Positions 10,640-23,699 of a DNA stretch of 64,000 nt are shown here, in pieces (within the stretch, counting starts at the first letter, position 1; the number at the start of each line of letters is the position of its first letter). Source of the DNA: Takakia lepidozioides. Its lineage: Eukaryota > Plantae > Bryophyta. Location: assembly GCA_030704615.1 (NCBI GenBank), contig CM060732.1:49166001-49230000 (forward strand), written 5' to 3'. The notes beneath the pieces are model-generated. The model was given only the letters and a program-made list of their open reading frames with translations, was not told where the DNA came from and searched no databases. A program made the position numbers and the translations under genes.

Positions 10640-13600
10640 AGGGCGTGCGATTCCAGTCGATCGTTCGAACATCTAGGGGCCGATTAAAACAACTGCAGGC
10701 AACGGTCTGCGTGTTCTTCACATCAACATCCGATCGTTATTCAAGCATAGGCAAGTTAGGAGAGCTTGACCTCAATGACAAACTACCCACTGGGTTATTC
10801 TTTCAACGACACGGTTGACAACGGTCTCGCAATTTCAAGTAGAAATTTTTACGTTGCTTCAATGCAGTTCATGAGGACGCTGGAGGCATGGAGCACACAT
10901 GCTCATGATACGATTTCATTTTCATGCTCAGATAAGTCGGTGACAGGGATCAAGCATGGGTTCCCTTGTGTTTTAGTTCATTCTTGCAAAACAGATACTG
11001 CAGTGCGGCAAGTAGCAGACTGCCGGCAGTGATCTCTTTTTCCCAGGAGGACAATTCCACCTTTTGGTATGATTTCAATTCAAGGAGCTTCCAAGGAGTC
11101 TTGGTCTCATACGAAAAAATCCTTAAGAGGTTTTATCTAGCGGTAGCGGCCGACTGGGTTTTCCCGTGTTAAGTACCTTCAGCGAACAAGACGAAGCCGG
11201 AATCGAGCGTTGTTCGTGGAGGACTTTTTATGATGTGGTTAAAAGGGAGACAAGATGATGTGGAAGGAGTTTCAGCCCCTGGCATCGACCTGTTCCCAAC
11301 CAAAAAACTATGCTACGCGTTGAAACATAGTTTTTATGTGCAAATGGCGTTTGTCTATTTTTTATGGTTGATGGTTGAATCAGATGAACTTGACGTTTTG
11401 TGGGTGTTTCAAGCATACCACAATGGAGTTTGTGGCCAAGTTTCAAGATTTTTGGAGGAAGTTAGCAACAATTCACTATTTTTGAGATTTTCGGGCGACC
11501 GTGGCCAAGAGAAATTCATTTTGATGGGATTTTTGGGTCCACAAGAATTAGCACCGCCCCCAACCAGCTGGTTGGATGATATTTGCCACCTACCAACCAA
11601 AAAGTGGTTGATTGCCTATTCCATCCAAGGATTTTGGATGTCATCCATTCTTTTTTTATAATATTTCTAGTATAAGTAAATAAAGGATTTGAGCTTGCTC
11701 AAGACTTCATTCTTGTTTTTTTGCTTGTAGTTGCTTGTTAGTGAGTTGCTTAGAGAGCTAGCTTAGCCTTAACATCTTGCTTTTGAAGTGGTCCTAGATT
11801 GCTTGTTGGCTTAAAGCTTAGCCTAGTTGTTTTAGGAAAGCTTGGAAGAAGCATCTAGTGTGCTAGGGAGACTAGGGAAACTAGGGAAACTAGGGAGATC
11901 CTATGACCTAGTGTGTAAGGGCCAAAAGCCATTTTATGTGAAAAATGAGAGCATCTTCCCCAAAAAGCGGAGTGGTTTTGTCATTTGAGAATGTGGTGAG
12001 CCCTTGATGTGTGAAGAGGATGTAGGAGCAACAAACCCCATAGGAGAGGTGAGCACTACCCCTTCCCTTCAAGTTTTGGTAGCCCACTTAGCCAAGTGAA
12101 GCCCTTTGAGTGGAGATGAGAGAGTCTTAGCCCTTGTTCATGTGTGTTGCATTTGGTATCTTCTTGCTTGTCCATTGTTGTTGGAAGCTTATATCTAACC
12201 TTAGCTTGGTCCTACTAACCAAGGGTGGTAGGAGCTAGGGAAGAGATGAAGACTAACCCCCCTTAGTGGCCAAGAGGCCCAAGGAGTTGTCATTTTTATC
12301 TATGCTTTGTTTTCTGGCTTGAGAGTGGAAAGATCTAACCCCTAGAGAGCTAACCATGCAGTGGGATCTCTAAGTGGGGTGTGGGTTTTCTTTTTTGTTG
12401 GCCACTAGGCCTTATTTTCATGTGTGCAGCTAACTAGGCATGTAAGGGAAGCTAACCCACTAATATTGGGTAGATGCTTGCATAAAGCTTGGTGGAAAAC
12501 CTTCTTTTGTTTTTTATTTTATTTCATTTGAAGCAAGTGAGTGTAGCTTAGTGTGCACTAAGCCCTCAGACTTGCCATTCATTTGTCTCTTTGTTAAGCA
12601 TATCACCCCCCATAGGAGAGGAGCAAGATGGAAGAGCTAACAAATTTTTGATGTTTTTTTCAAGTTTATTTTGTCGCTGGAATTTTTTTTTTCATGTATA
12701 ACTAATTTACAGATCAAAAATCAGATCAAATATGGCCTCCCTAGCTTGGTTAAGCTATGGAGGACCATAGCTAACCCTTGGGAAGGTTAGGCTAGCCCCT
12801 TTGGGGTTAGCTTAGGGTTTATTTTCTTGTTAGTGAGGCGCCATATAGGGGATACCATGGCAATAGCCAGGAGCTGGCTATTGATTTGAAGCGGGCTGCA
12901 GGCCCCACAGAACTCGAGGCGTTGACCACCCAGTCCCCAAGCTGCTCGACAGCAGCCACTGGGGGGGGGGGGGCATCCTTGCCACTTAGGATCTTCCTGG
13001 CTTTACCCATCGGTCCGTCGCTTTACCCGCAAGGTTGCGACCAGCGGTCCGTCGCCTTGTCCAACGGCGCCTTGTCACTGCCCTACACGGGTCTGCAACC
13101 AGCGGGTAAAAGGGCTGGAACGGACCAACGGATAATAGCTTAAGGGGGGGTCTTAGGTAGGAAAATACTTTTTGAATGGTTTTTGGCCTTGTCGATTGAA
13201 GGAGCTCTGCTATGTCGTCTCCTTAGGGGCTGGGGTGGAAATTAGAATGAAGGGTGGAGGTCTTCGGGGCCTTCATTTTGGTATGTTAGAGATGGTCAGA
13301 TGGGGAATCGGCCGCTCGGCTCACACCGAGACACCTTGCTCACGAAAAGCGGACGAGAAGTACAAAGGTTTTGGGAGGGGTAGAAGGGGGTTTGGAGTGG
13401 GAGAGGGAGTCATTTCCGTTTGCACCCAGCCTTAAAATGCACTTCAGGAAGGTGGAGGAACCAACAACGGACCCACCAAAATATATTATTCATAGGTGAG
13501 AAGCGTTTTTTGAGGAATGATGGGGGTTTTTTTATATGAGCAGTGAGCACAAAAAAGCATGAGCAGAACCCAAAAATAAATAAAAAATCACATATTTATG

Positions 13601-15540
13601 CAAATATTCCCAAGTTTCTGACCATCCGAACCTGTTTTTCAGTGTTACAAGTGCACGATTTCCAGAACAATCAAGTTAGGTTCGGATGCAAAGCTATATT
13701 TTGGGCATCGGTGCCGACTTAGAGAGCATTTTTGCTCTTGCAAGCGAGTTGGGGCAACCTCGGGAATAGGTGTTTCTTCTATAACCACGGTCCAACCTGG
13801 CCATGTGAAGACTGCGGGTTTTTTCTTTTTTTTTCTTTTTTTTCTTTTTGAGAAGTCTGCACGGACTTCCGGCTGCCTATTTTCCGTTTTTGGCTCATTT
13901 CCCGTTTTCTTAGCCCATTTTCTATTTTTTTTGTTTTTATTTGAGAAGTCGGCACAGACTTCCGGCTGTCCATTTCTGGGTTTTTTTTTTTTTTTAAAAA
14001 TTTTAGAGATTTCCGACTGTCCATTTTCCGTTTTGCCCGCACGGGTATAGGTGGTACACCTTCTAATACTGTACATTTAGTCATCTTTAGAGATATAACC
14101 TGGTCTTTGAGCTTTGCTCGTATCTTGAGCCTATCCCGAACCTAGAATCTGGCTTCGGGTTTACTTCGGGGTAGGTTCAAAAACTCTGCTCATGGCTCGT
14201 TGCTCATGGCTCATGGAAAATACAGACCCGATGAGGGGCGGATGAGGTAAGCAGTATTTCATCTGCAGGCTGGATGAACAGTGGATGAAGGCAAGATGAG
14301 AAATGCAGTTTTTCATCCATTGTAGGGATGAATAGTGGATGACCAATGGATGAAAAAAGGAATTTTTCATCCGCTGTTTGAAAAGCCAGTTTAGCTCTAG
14401 GGGGGGGGGGGGTGGGGGGGGTTTGAACCTAGGACCTAGTGGATAGGGGCTATGTATTAAGGGCTTAGGGGGTTGTTTGGACCTATTAGGCCAATTCCCT
14501 ATGGTTCCATATCTTTATAAAGGTTTTTGGGTAATGAGAGGGGGTTAGAGAATTATCTAGAGGCCAAGCCATGGGTTACTGGAAAGCTTATTCCTACCTA
14601 ATGCTTATTGTTCTAGAATTAGTGAATTTCCGGATTTAATAATTGATTTGAAAGGGGTTTTCTGCTTAGAAAATTACCAGAAAATAGGGATAGAGGTAAT
14701 TAAATCTATGATTTTTATCTCTATTTCCTAAGTTCAAGAGCTTGCCTAGGATAGTATTTTTCCCATCTTCTCTATTGAATTCTATTGCTAGGAAATGGTC
14801 AGGAGCCCTAAAAACTAGCAAGGAAGTAGGATATTGTCCAGGTTAAGAGCTTTTATCCTAGGCTAGGGTGTGCTCTCCCCTTCGGATAGCAAGAATGTAG
14901 GCGTCCCCTTTGCACACACGTGCGATCCGGGGAAGTGTGATTGTGAAGCAACCCAGACCTAAGCAGCTTGTCCTTAACGCTTTGCCAGTCCTCCGGAAAC
15001 CGTCAGGCAGAGAGAACTTGTCGGGGACGCTAATAGCTCCGGGATGAAGCTGTGTTAACGCGAATAAAGAAGACAATTAGCTAGGAGTAGATTTCGTAGG
15101 AGACACGAACGAATTTTGTCCTGTGAATGTAGAAGTTGTACCTACGTTTGCTAATAGTTTAGGATAGCTGGAGGAGTTCCCTCCATCAACCACTGACCCT
15201 CTGCCAAGCTTAGCAACACACTTCACGGGTGGGCGGTTCTTGAGCCCAACCCACCTTGTCACCGGATTCCAGGCCCCGGATTGACGTTCGTCTTTTTCCC
15301 CTTCGCGGTAAGCGCGCGCGGCGAGGCTCGTCATATTTATGGTGCGTCTGCCGAGAGTTCGGTAAGTTGCTACTAACGGTGAATTAGTAGGTGGATTTCG
15401 CACTAACACGGGTAATTAAGGTTTGAAACGGTACACCCTGAACCTAATTTCATTTGAATTCATGTGCATGCTTTGATAGGGTTGAGCCCTAGTTTTGTTG
15501 CAAGGTCCTAGGAAGCCTAAGAAAATCGTGATCTAACAGT
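10640..15540. repeat. Long non-coding LTR/UTR-like repetitive region upstream of the plus-strand gypsy element
   Basis: No credible ORFs. Local tandem motifs: ctagggaaa x3 at ~11870, ttccggctg(t/c)c..tttt x3 at 13865-14030, gatga/ttcatc cluster at 14230-14375. No paired LTR found in the window. Confidence 0.35.
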
Positions 15541-16029
15541 TATCATGGAGTTGCAGTATGACAATGGTTGTGGAACCCCATCGTTTTCATTTATCGTTTG
15601 AAGTCCGTGTGGTGGGTCTTTACCGAATCATTTCGAGCACGCGCTCAGGAGAAGTACGAGCAAGGGATTCCACCGTAATCTGTCGACTGATGCACCAACG
15701 CATTTTGGCAATCGCTGAAGAATACCGAGGATACTGGATAGCAGCCAAGATCATACCCTTGGGGTCACGCGCACTAATCAATTCTATTTCTTCATTCTTT
15801 CGGTTCAATACTCGTTGGCCAGGTTGTTGCCAATCACCATTCCTGGGGTATTTGAACGTGTAATAGCTTATTTGAGTTGCTGCCCATTGTGCCAAACCGT
15901 TGCAGACGACAACATTACATTTGCAAACCAATCTTTCAGGCGCCGATCAGCGTGTGCCACTACGTTCTTACAAAATCGAGGGGCGTTTGATCTGAACTTT
16001 GATTTGGTGTGTTGAATATTTGGATGTGG

Positions 16030-19000
16030 TATCGATGACTATCTGGAGGACGACAACCGACTACCCAATCCAATCACATCCATCTCCATCATTGGCCCCC
16101 CCGCTTCTACAGGCAAGGCAAGACAGCGGCTTTGCTCATCCTTGATCTCATTGCTGAAGGGCGGCGCTCTTTGACGGAAGAAGGTCATCGAGGAATTTTT
16201 CCCCGGACAATTGAGCACTCTCCGGCAAGGGCGCATAGAGCCACTGGAAGTACCTCCGGTATATACCAATGTTTTCCCCTTACTACCCTCGAATTCAAAT
16301 ACAGGTTCATCAGGACCAGCAGACGCAAGGATAGGACATGTGGAAGCCCAAATATCCTCACTGCTTAAGACAATGGATCAGTCCATGGGAGATCAAGTGA
16401 GTGCTATAGGTCACCATGTGACCAATTATGTGGGATTCAGAGATACGGCGCCAGTGGCAGAGACAGGCCCAAATGCGACCAAACTCTGGTGCTACAAGTG
16501 TAGGGGAAAAAATCATTTAGCTCAACACTACCCCAATCCCATTCAAGAGCGGCCAGCATACCACGCCTAGGATCCCGGAAGTTCAGGAGCGATGGAAGGC
16601 CAGGATGTGGCAAGTGCGGCATGTACGGACATCAAACCGAAGATTGTTGGCAAGGCATCGTCTGTCTACATTGTGGTGTGACGGGCCATCCATTAGAACG
16701 TTGCAAAAAAAGGAAGGTAGATCAGCCTACTCCAATAACACAGCAACAAGTGGACGCCAATTTACAAGGACAACGAGCGCCATTCCCAGATCAGTATCTC
16801 ACTGCTCCGCCGGCGTCCTTACCACCACAACATAGCATGTATTTTGCTACAATACCTCAAATATTACCTCGTCCTCCAGGATCAGGATAGACCGGAAGTC
16901 CAGCTTCCCCCGTTCAGCAACCTCGGGTAACGTTTGCTAGTCCTGTAGCTCAGATAGCGTGCAAGGATCTTCAAATACTTGGTCTCAACCGCAGGATGTG
17001 AGAGCCATAGGAGGTTATGAGGCGTCAACATCGGCCGCACCGCCTCCACAAGCAAGCAGTTCTTCTCCAATGCCGACACGAACACAGGCACCGCATCATA
17101 ATGTCAATTGGATAGCAAGTGAGCCAGCAGAGCCACCAAAGAAAAGTCCAATCAAGGAGAAGGAGAGCTTAGTAATCACCACCAAGCAGCAGAGGGAAAC
17201 CCAAAGCAAATCGCCAGGGTTGAGGATGCCTGAGGAGGTGTCATCTTCGGAGTCAGATCAAGAACTCCCAGACTTTGCAGAAGTCAAGAGCGATGCTCAT
17301 AACGCAACCACAGCGCTGTTAAGAGAGCAAGAAGAGGAAAAAGCCCAGAAGAAGGGAAAGAAGGTGGCATTCGCGGAAGCAGAACCTGCAATCGTCAATC
17401 CCGTTCCAATTCGTCCACCCCGAATGAGGCCAAAGGTTTCAGCCTTCAGACCAATTGTAGTGGAGCTGCCCAAAACTTTGAAGAGGTCTCCAGCTACCAT
17501 GCGATTCACCAACGAGTTGGTTCCATACAACTTGATGGAGGACTTCGACACATTCAGGCCAACATTTCTGTGGCCCAGCTCATTACAGTGTCTCCCACCA
17601 TGAAGCACGCGTTGAAGGCAGCTTTGGTGAGGAAGAGAACAGGAAGTCCGATCCAGGCTCACCACGTTAGTGCTCGAGTCGATCCAGGGCCAGTTGAGAT
17701 TGAGGTGGAGATTGTTGACCGGATACGCCATTGCTTAGTAGACGGTGGCAGTTCAGTCAATATCATGCCTCTTCCAACATTGACAAAGCTCGGACTACAC
17801 ATGACAGGGAAGTCCCCTCTCATCATCCGCTTAGCTGATCAGCATAAGATCAGACCTGTTGGCTATGTGACGAATGTCCGAATCATGAAGACCGGAGGAT
17901 CCACGTACACAGTGGAATTCCAGGTAATTGATTTTCCCATAGATAGGTACTCTTATGTGCTCCTACTGGGACGACCATGGCTGGTGCAAGCCCAAGCATG
18001 TACGAACTGGGGATCAGGGACTATCACCTACGGGGAGAAGCCACATACCACCACTGTTTCATTTTTATCATCAGAGCCTCAACCATGGACGGATGAGGAT
18101 GAGTTGAGCGCCATTGGTTAAGATGAAGAGTTAGAAGAACTTAGCGAAGATGATTTATCAACAGAGGATGACAGCCCTGTTCCTCAGCGGGTTCTGACCA
18201 CATCTACGGCACTCAATGCGGCAATTAGGACGAAGCCAAGGCTTTCGGAATTCTCCGTCAAGACTCTAGGCCCCGGACTCTACGAATGTGGGTCTGATTT
18301 GGATTGCCTAGAATGGTTAGATGGAGGATACAATTTGAGGGAAGTGACAATACACATGACCTATGCAGAAGAATCTAGCAACTATGTGTTTGGAGGCATG
18401 GTGTCTGAACTTTTCTCCATTTCCGCCGATCAGATTGGTCTGAATGATATGGTCACTCAGGTGGAGGTCGGCGACCCTATCAACATGCGCTTTGTGGAGG
18501 AGGACGAGTTGACCCGCGACGTTGTCCGGCATAGTCTCCCCTACATACTATACCTGCAATAAACAACCTCGAGAGGCGAGGACAAGACCTCTTATACCTC
18601 TGAACCGGAAACTCAACTGGTGGACATGTCAGTGGGAGGAGAACCCCCACGAATGGTGAAGGTTGGAGCTCAGCTAAGCTCCGACAAAGTGAGTGAGTAC
18701 CAAATGTTGTTCAGAGAATTCAGAGATGTTTTTGCATGGTCTTACACGGAACTAAGGGGAGTGCCCTCTTACATTGCTATGCACTCGATTCCATTGCTTC
18801 CAGATGCAGTACCGAGAAGACAACGAGAATGAAGGGTGAATTCCAACCTCGCTCTACTGATCAAAGCAGAGGTTGAGAAGTTATTAATTGCCGGATTTGT
18901 CTTCCCCGTCAAGACATCCACCTGGGTATCCCCTATGGTGATTGTTCACAAAAAGACGGGGGATTGTGTGTCTGTGTGGATTTCTGACCACTGAACAAGG

Positions 19001-20430
19001 TAACACACAAGGACCATTTCCCTCTGCCATTTATCGACACGCTAGTGGAAGAAGTGGCAAGAAAAGAAATTTATTCATTCATGGATGGATTCCTGGGCTA
19101 CAATCAAGTATTGATAGACCCAAAAGATGTGTTGAAGACCACGTTCACGTCACCTTGGGGTACTTTTGCTTACACAAGGATGCCATTCGGTCTTTGCAAC
19201 GCTCCCTTAACCTTCCAACGTGTCATGATGTATGCTTTCTCTGACATTGTGAGGAAGAATTTGGTTATATTTTTGGATGATTTCTGCTGCAATGGTGACG
19301 AGAAGGATCATGTGGACGCCTTGCAAGAATGTTTCATCCGTTGTCGGGAGATTGTATCTCTCTCAACCCTATGAAGTATGTATTTGCAGTCATTCATGGA
19401 CTGTTGTTGGGGCACATTGTGTCCAAAGACGGAGTGGCGACGGACCCTTCAAAGATGATTGTCATCGTCAAGTTACCACCTCCAGAGACGCCTTCGAAGG
19501 TGAAAGGATTCATTGGCCACATAGGGTGGTATAGGAAATTTATGGACAAGTATGCAGAAGAGGGATTTCCAATGACTCACTTGTTGAAGAAGAACCAAGT
19601 ATTTTCTTGGGATGCAAGATGTCAAGAGTCTTTTGAGACCTTGAAGCAAATGCTAAGTTCAGCCCCAGTACTGGCAGCACCAGACTGGAACAAACCTTTT
19701 CATGTTTATGTTGATGCATCAGCGGTGGCCGTAGGATGTGCCCTGTGCCAGCCGGACGCAGAAGGGCATGATCACCCCATAGCATTTGCTAGTCGTCAGC
19801 TCAACTTTGCATAGACAAGGTATAGCACTATGGAGAGGGAGGCGCTGAGCATGATATTTGCGGTTAAGAAATATAGGCATTATCTGCTGGAGACCCCTTT
19901 TACGTTTTTTGTTGATCACATGGCTTTATGTTACCTCATTAACAAACCAGACTTGTCAGGACGCATAGCCAGGTGGATCACCTAATGCGTTTCTCTTCGC
20001 CATAGAGACGGTGCCTCCATGGTATGAAGACATTGCCCAATATCTCCAGACACTTGAGCCTCCTACAGGATTGGATCAGCATGAGAAGAGGAGACTTTGC
20101 TTGCGGAGCATGAAGTTTGCCTTGATTGGAGGACAGTTGTATCGCAGGGGAATAGATGGCCTTTTGCGACGCTGCATCGCCCAGGAGGAGGTCATTGATG
20201 TTTTGGAGACTGCACATGACAATATTTGCGACAGACATTTCGCGGGACGGTTGACGGTGCAGAAAGCAGTAAGAATGGGCTATTATTGGCCAACCATGTT
20301 CAAAGATGCACATCAATGGGTGCGAACATGTGACGCATGCCAAAGATACGCCAAGAAGGACAATAGGCTTGGAATGCCGTTGGTTCCAACACTCCCACTT
20401 GCTCCGTTTGAGAAATGGATTATTGGCTTC
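16030..20430 (+). mobile_element. Ty3/gypsy LTR retrotransposon gag-pol, decayed, truncated inside integrase
   Basis: Zinc knuckles CYKCRGKNH, CGKCGMYGHQTEDC and CLHCGVTGHPLERC; protease LVDGGSSVN; RT YSFMDGFLGYNQ, MPFGLCNAP, FLDDF; RNase H VDASAVAVG...PIAFASRQL; integrase Zn region AH...HF...CDACQ. PR-RT-RH-IN order; many stops and frameshifts. Confidence 0.93.
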
Positions 20431-23400
20431 CTTCCAAGCCTTGTTAGCCATAGAGAGTTCATTTTTATTGACCATGATTGTTTGCTGCAACTCCAGGATG
20501 TACCTCTCCTGGTCAGCCTCAACCTGACTGTACTGTTGGAAAGTATTCTCATTGCGACAGATTGTAGCCTTCAAATCAACAATGAGTTTCCCTTGCTATA
20601 TTATCTCAGCTTCTGCCATCATACAGCTCTCCTCTTGTCTGTTAACTTCTAATGCAGTTTGCTTCAGAGCAGTTGTTAGTGTGGCACACTGTATGGTCAT
20701 TCTCTGATGAACTGCCTCCAACTCTGTATGTAGCACGTTCACTTCCTGCAACTTGCCCTCATGCTTCACCTGCAATTGGTATAACTGTTGCTTATGTGCT
20801 TCATGCCTATGCGGGCCTGGTTGAACCTCATGCGAAGCGCATGGAGGCTTTACAGCAGCAGGTAGATGTGTACAGAATCAAGAAGGAGAGACTCTCAGGG
20901 TGCCAACAAGACTTGGTTGGCGAATCACCTTATGCAGTATGTTAGCCAAAAGGCCGGTGGTGTTAGGGGTAGAAGGCCAAAGTCACCAAGGAAGCTCACC
21001 CAGGGCGAGATGAATGATCTCAGATTGCAGGTGTAGAACATTGCCACAACTACTATAGACAATGTCTATAGTAGAATAACGGAATTACAGGATGATGTGG
21101 AAGGCCGGCAGCCTCAAGTGGATGACCTGAGTTCAAATATTGACAAGAGAGTCTTTGTTCCTGAAGAGCAGCTGATGGCTACTTATTTGCATGCCAGTAA
21201 TTTTTCAGTCTTTTTCGCAGGGGGTGCAAGAGAGGCCAGTGGTAGAAGGGCCAGTGGTGCCAATACCATAGCAGGTGCCTGTGCAGGTAGCTGAACATGT
21301 TGCTACTATAGCAAAACCACAGCCTGAGGTATGGGGGGAAAGGGATGAGGTTTTAACCCACCTAGAGCTCCTGCGCATGGGAGTACAGTCGGGCTATGAT
21401 TTTGCCCTTCCACCAAATTCCCCCCGTGTTGGGCTCACGGTTTCTTGGGCTCACAGACTCACGCCCTCTTGGCTCACAGAATTAGCACCCCCCCTGGCTC
21501 CTCGCTGACTTTTTTCAACTCTCTTGAGAATTCTTGGTGGGGTAGCGCCACTCCCCCATCGCTCTACTCTCCCCTTTACATCCTCGTCATGCTTCATAAC
21601 TTTCTCTTTTTCATGAGATGGAATCATGCAGAGGGGTGGAGAAAGATGACAGACGCCCCAATATATATTGACTGAGCGTCGTTTGAGGAAAAAAGTTAGA
21701 AATCCACGCTCAGGAAGTCGCCGTGCGTCTGCAGAAAACCATCGGTTCTGAAGCAAATATGATACAAACAAGTATGAATAGTGACTGATAGTCGCAACGG
21801 GACAAAAAAAATGTGCATGTCAAGACAATTGTGCGGTTTTCAAGACAGAATTCATTAGGCGGGTGTGTGCATGTAGTTGCTCGTCCAACTTGTTATGTTC
21901 GAGACCTGCTTCAATCCAAATCTCCCTTAGCCAACTGCAAGACAGCCTTTGTGTCCTCCAATTACTTTTTGCACTTGAGGTTGGCCTCCACATCCACCTT
22001 GTTTGCTCACTCCGGTTGGCAAGTCTAGTCTCAAACTCCTTCCCGAGTTCCTCCCTCAAAGCTGCCAATTGTGTAGATGTGCCCAACATGGGATTTCACA
22101 TGAGTGCCCAACAACAATAATTGATGTCCTGCTTATATGAAAACTCATAAGCATGCCTGTTTGGGGATTCATGATGAACTTGTTGCTAATCTCCCTGATC
22201 TTTCACAGTGTGATGTTTCACCAACCATTCAGGCCATTGTCCCCCCCACCAGAATCCCTTCCCTCAAAGCTTTCAAGTATTCTTCTATGAATTGACTGTG
22301 TCAAATACGTTGGTTCTGTTTCATGGGCAAAACTGATCGTTCAAGATTTGGCCAACGCCACTTCTCTGAGCCCTGGGGTACTCGGCTTTTTTGTTTGCAA
22401 GCGTAACCTTGGAGTCTTAAAGAAACTCCCTTCTTGGAACAAATTCCCTATGACCTGCCAAGTGACCCGGTGCTCCTCCACATCCACATGACCCGATGGC
22501 AATTCGAACAATTGCTCCTGCAAGTACTGGGGAGTAATTGCTATATCTACCCCGTCATAGGGCTCCAAAGTTCTGAAGAAATTGAATCATATACTGCCGA
22601 TGATGACAATGACAAGTCCTTGCGTAGCAGACCCCCCTCCAAATCGCAACTCCCTCTGCAGCTGCACTGCCCGGGGTTGTTTGTATGGTAGCAATGTTGC
22701 TTCTGCAGAACGTGGTGCTCTTTCCTGATATCCTCCATTCCCTCACCTCTTTTCATTTAGACAAACAAAAAAGGCCTTATTTGAAAGAGGTAGGAAAGCT
22801 TGCAGGAGAACACAGAGCTAAGGTATGGTTGGCACAGAATGCAACAGGTAAGAGTGGTAAGCCTGTGGGGCTTTGCAAGTAGAGGGCGAGAGAATGTACT
22901 CTCAATGGTTCGTTTAAACGCCGAGCGGGTAATCCGTTATATCCGCCATAGCTACAAAGCGTAGCTTTGAGTGCCCCTCTCGTCGAGACACGGGCTATTC
23001 GGAGCCACCCGACTCTTCCGCTCATAACTCTTCCAAATTCTTGTTCTTGTTTATTGGAGGGAACCACCCCTACATGAAATTCTCGCTCATTGATGGCTGT
23101 TGCCCTGACTTAGGTAACTTTTTTAATTCTACCCCCTCCGTGGAATTCCCACCTGGAATGCCAAGTAGGACAGCACATGTGGTAAAAGTCACTCTTCTGT
23201 ACTCGGAAAGGGTTCCGTTACCCCTGCCCTGAATGCATTAATCGGCCCCCACCCAAATAGTTTTGGCTGATGTAAAGGTACCGGTCCGGTACTTTGAGGC
23301 CCCGGTTGTCCTCTTGCATGATGATACTCACTTTTGCAATTATGCGCTTTGTCGTGTGTTTAGCCTTAGTGGCCACGTGTTCATTTTTTTAGACATGCCC

Positions 23401-23660
23401 CCGACTCCCCTGTCCGCGTGGCACATTCTCCGAGTTTGACTTCCAAACTTCTCTCAGCCCGCAATTGACGACCCATTTTCTGATGTGAACCCGCGTCCAC
23501 TGTCACTGACCCTATGGAGTGGAACCCGCGTGGGGGCTGTGACGGCTGCCTGTTGGCAGGTTTGTGACAGGCTATGTCAGACTGTGGTGAGTTGGTGATA
23601 GGCTGTGTGACACTGTGATGGGCTGTGATAGCTATGTGAACACCTATACTTCCGCCCCCC
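20430..23660 (-). mobile_element. Decayed retroelement-derived sequence; possible PPT/LTR start at ~23643-23660 on minus strand
   Basis: Minus strand ggggggcggaagtatagg followed by tgttcac resembles a PPT + TG LTR start. Coiled-coil gag-like remnants at ~21800-22700. Boundaries uncertain. Confidence 0.35.
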
Positions 23661-23699
23661 TGCGTCATAATCAGCCTCGGCTTAGCGACAAGGCTCCAT

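Noticed and set aside
13645-14084. Lys-rich ORFs
   Set aside because: Arise from T-tracts and short tandem motifs in non-coding repeat DNA.
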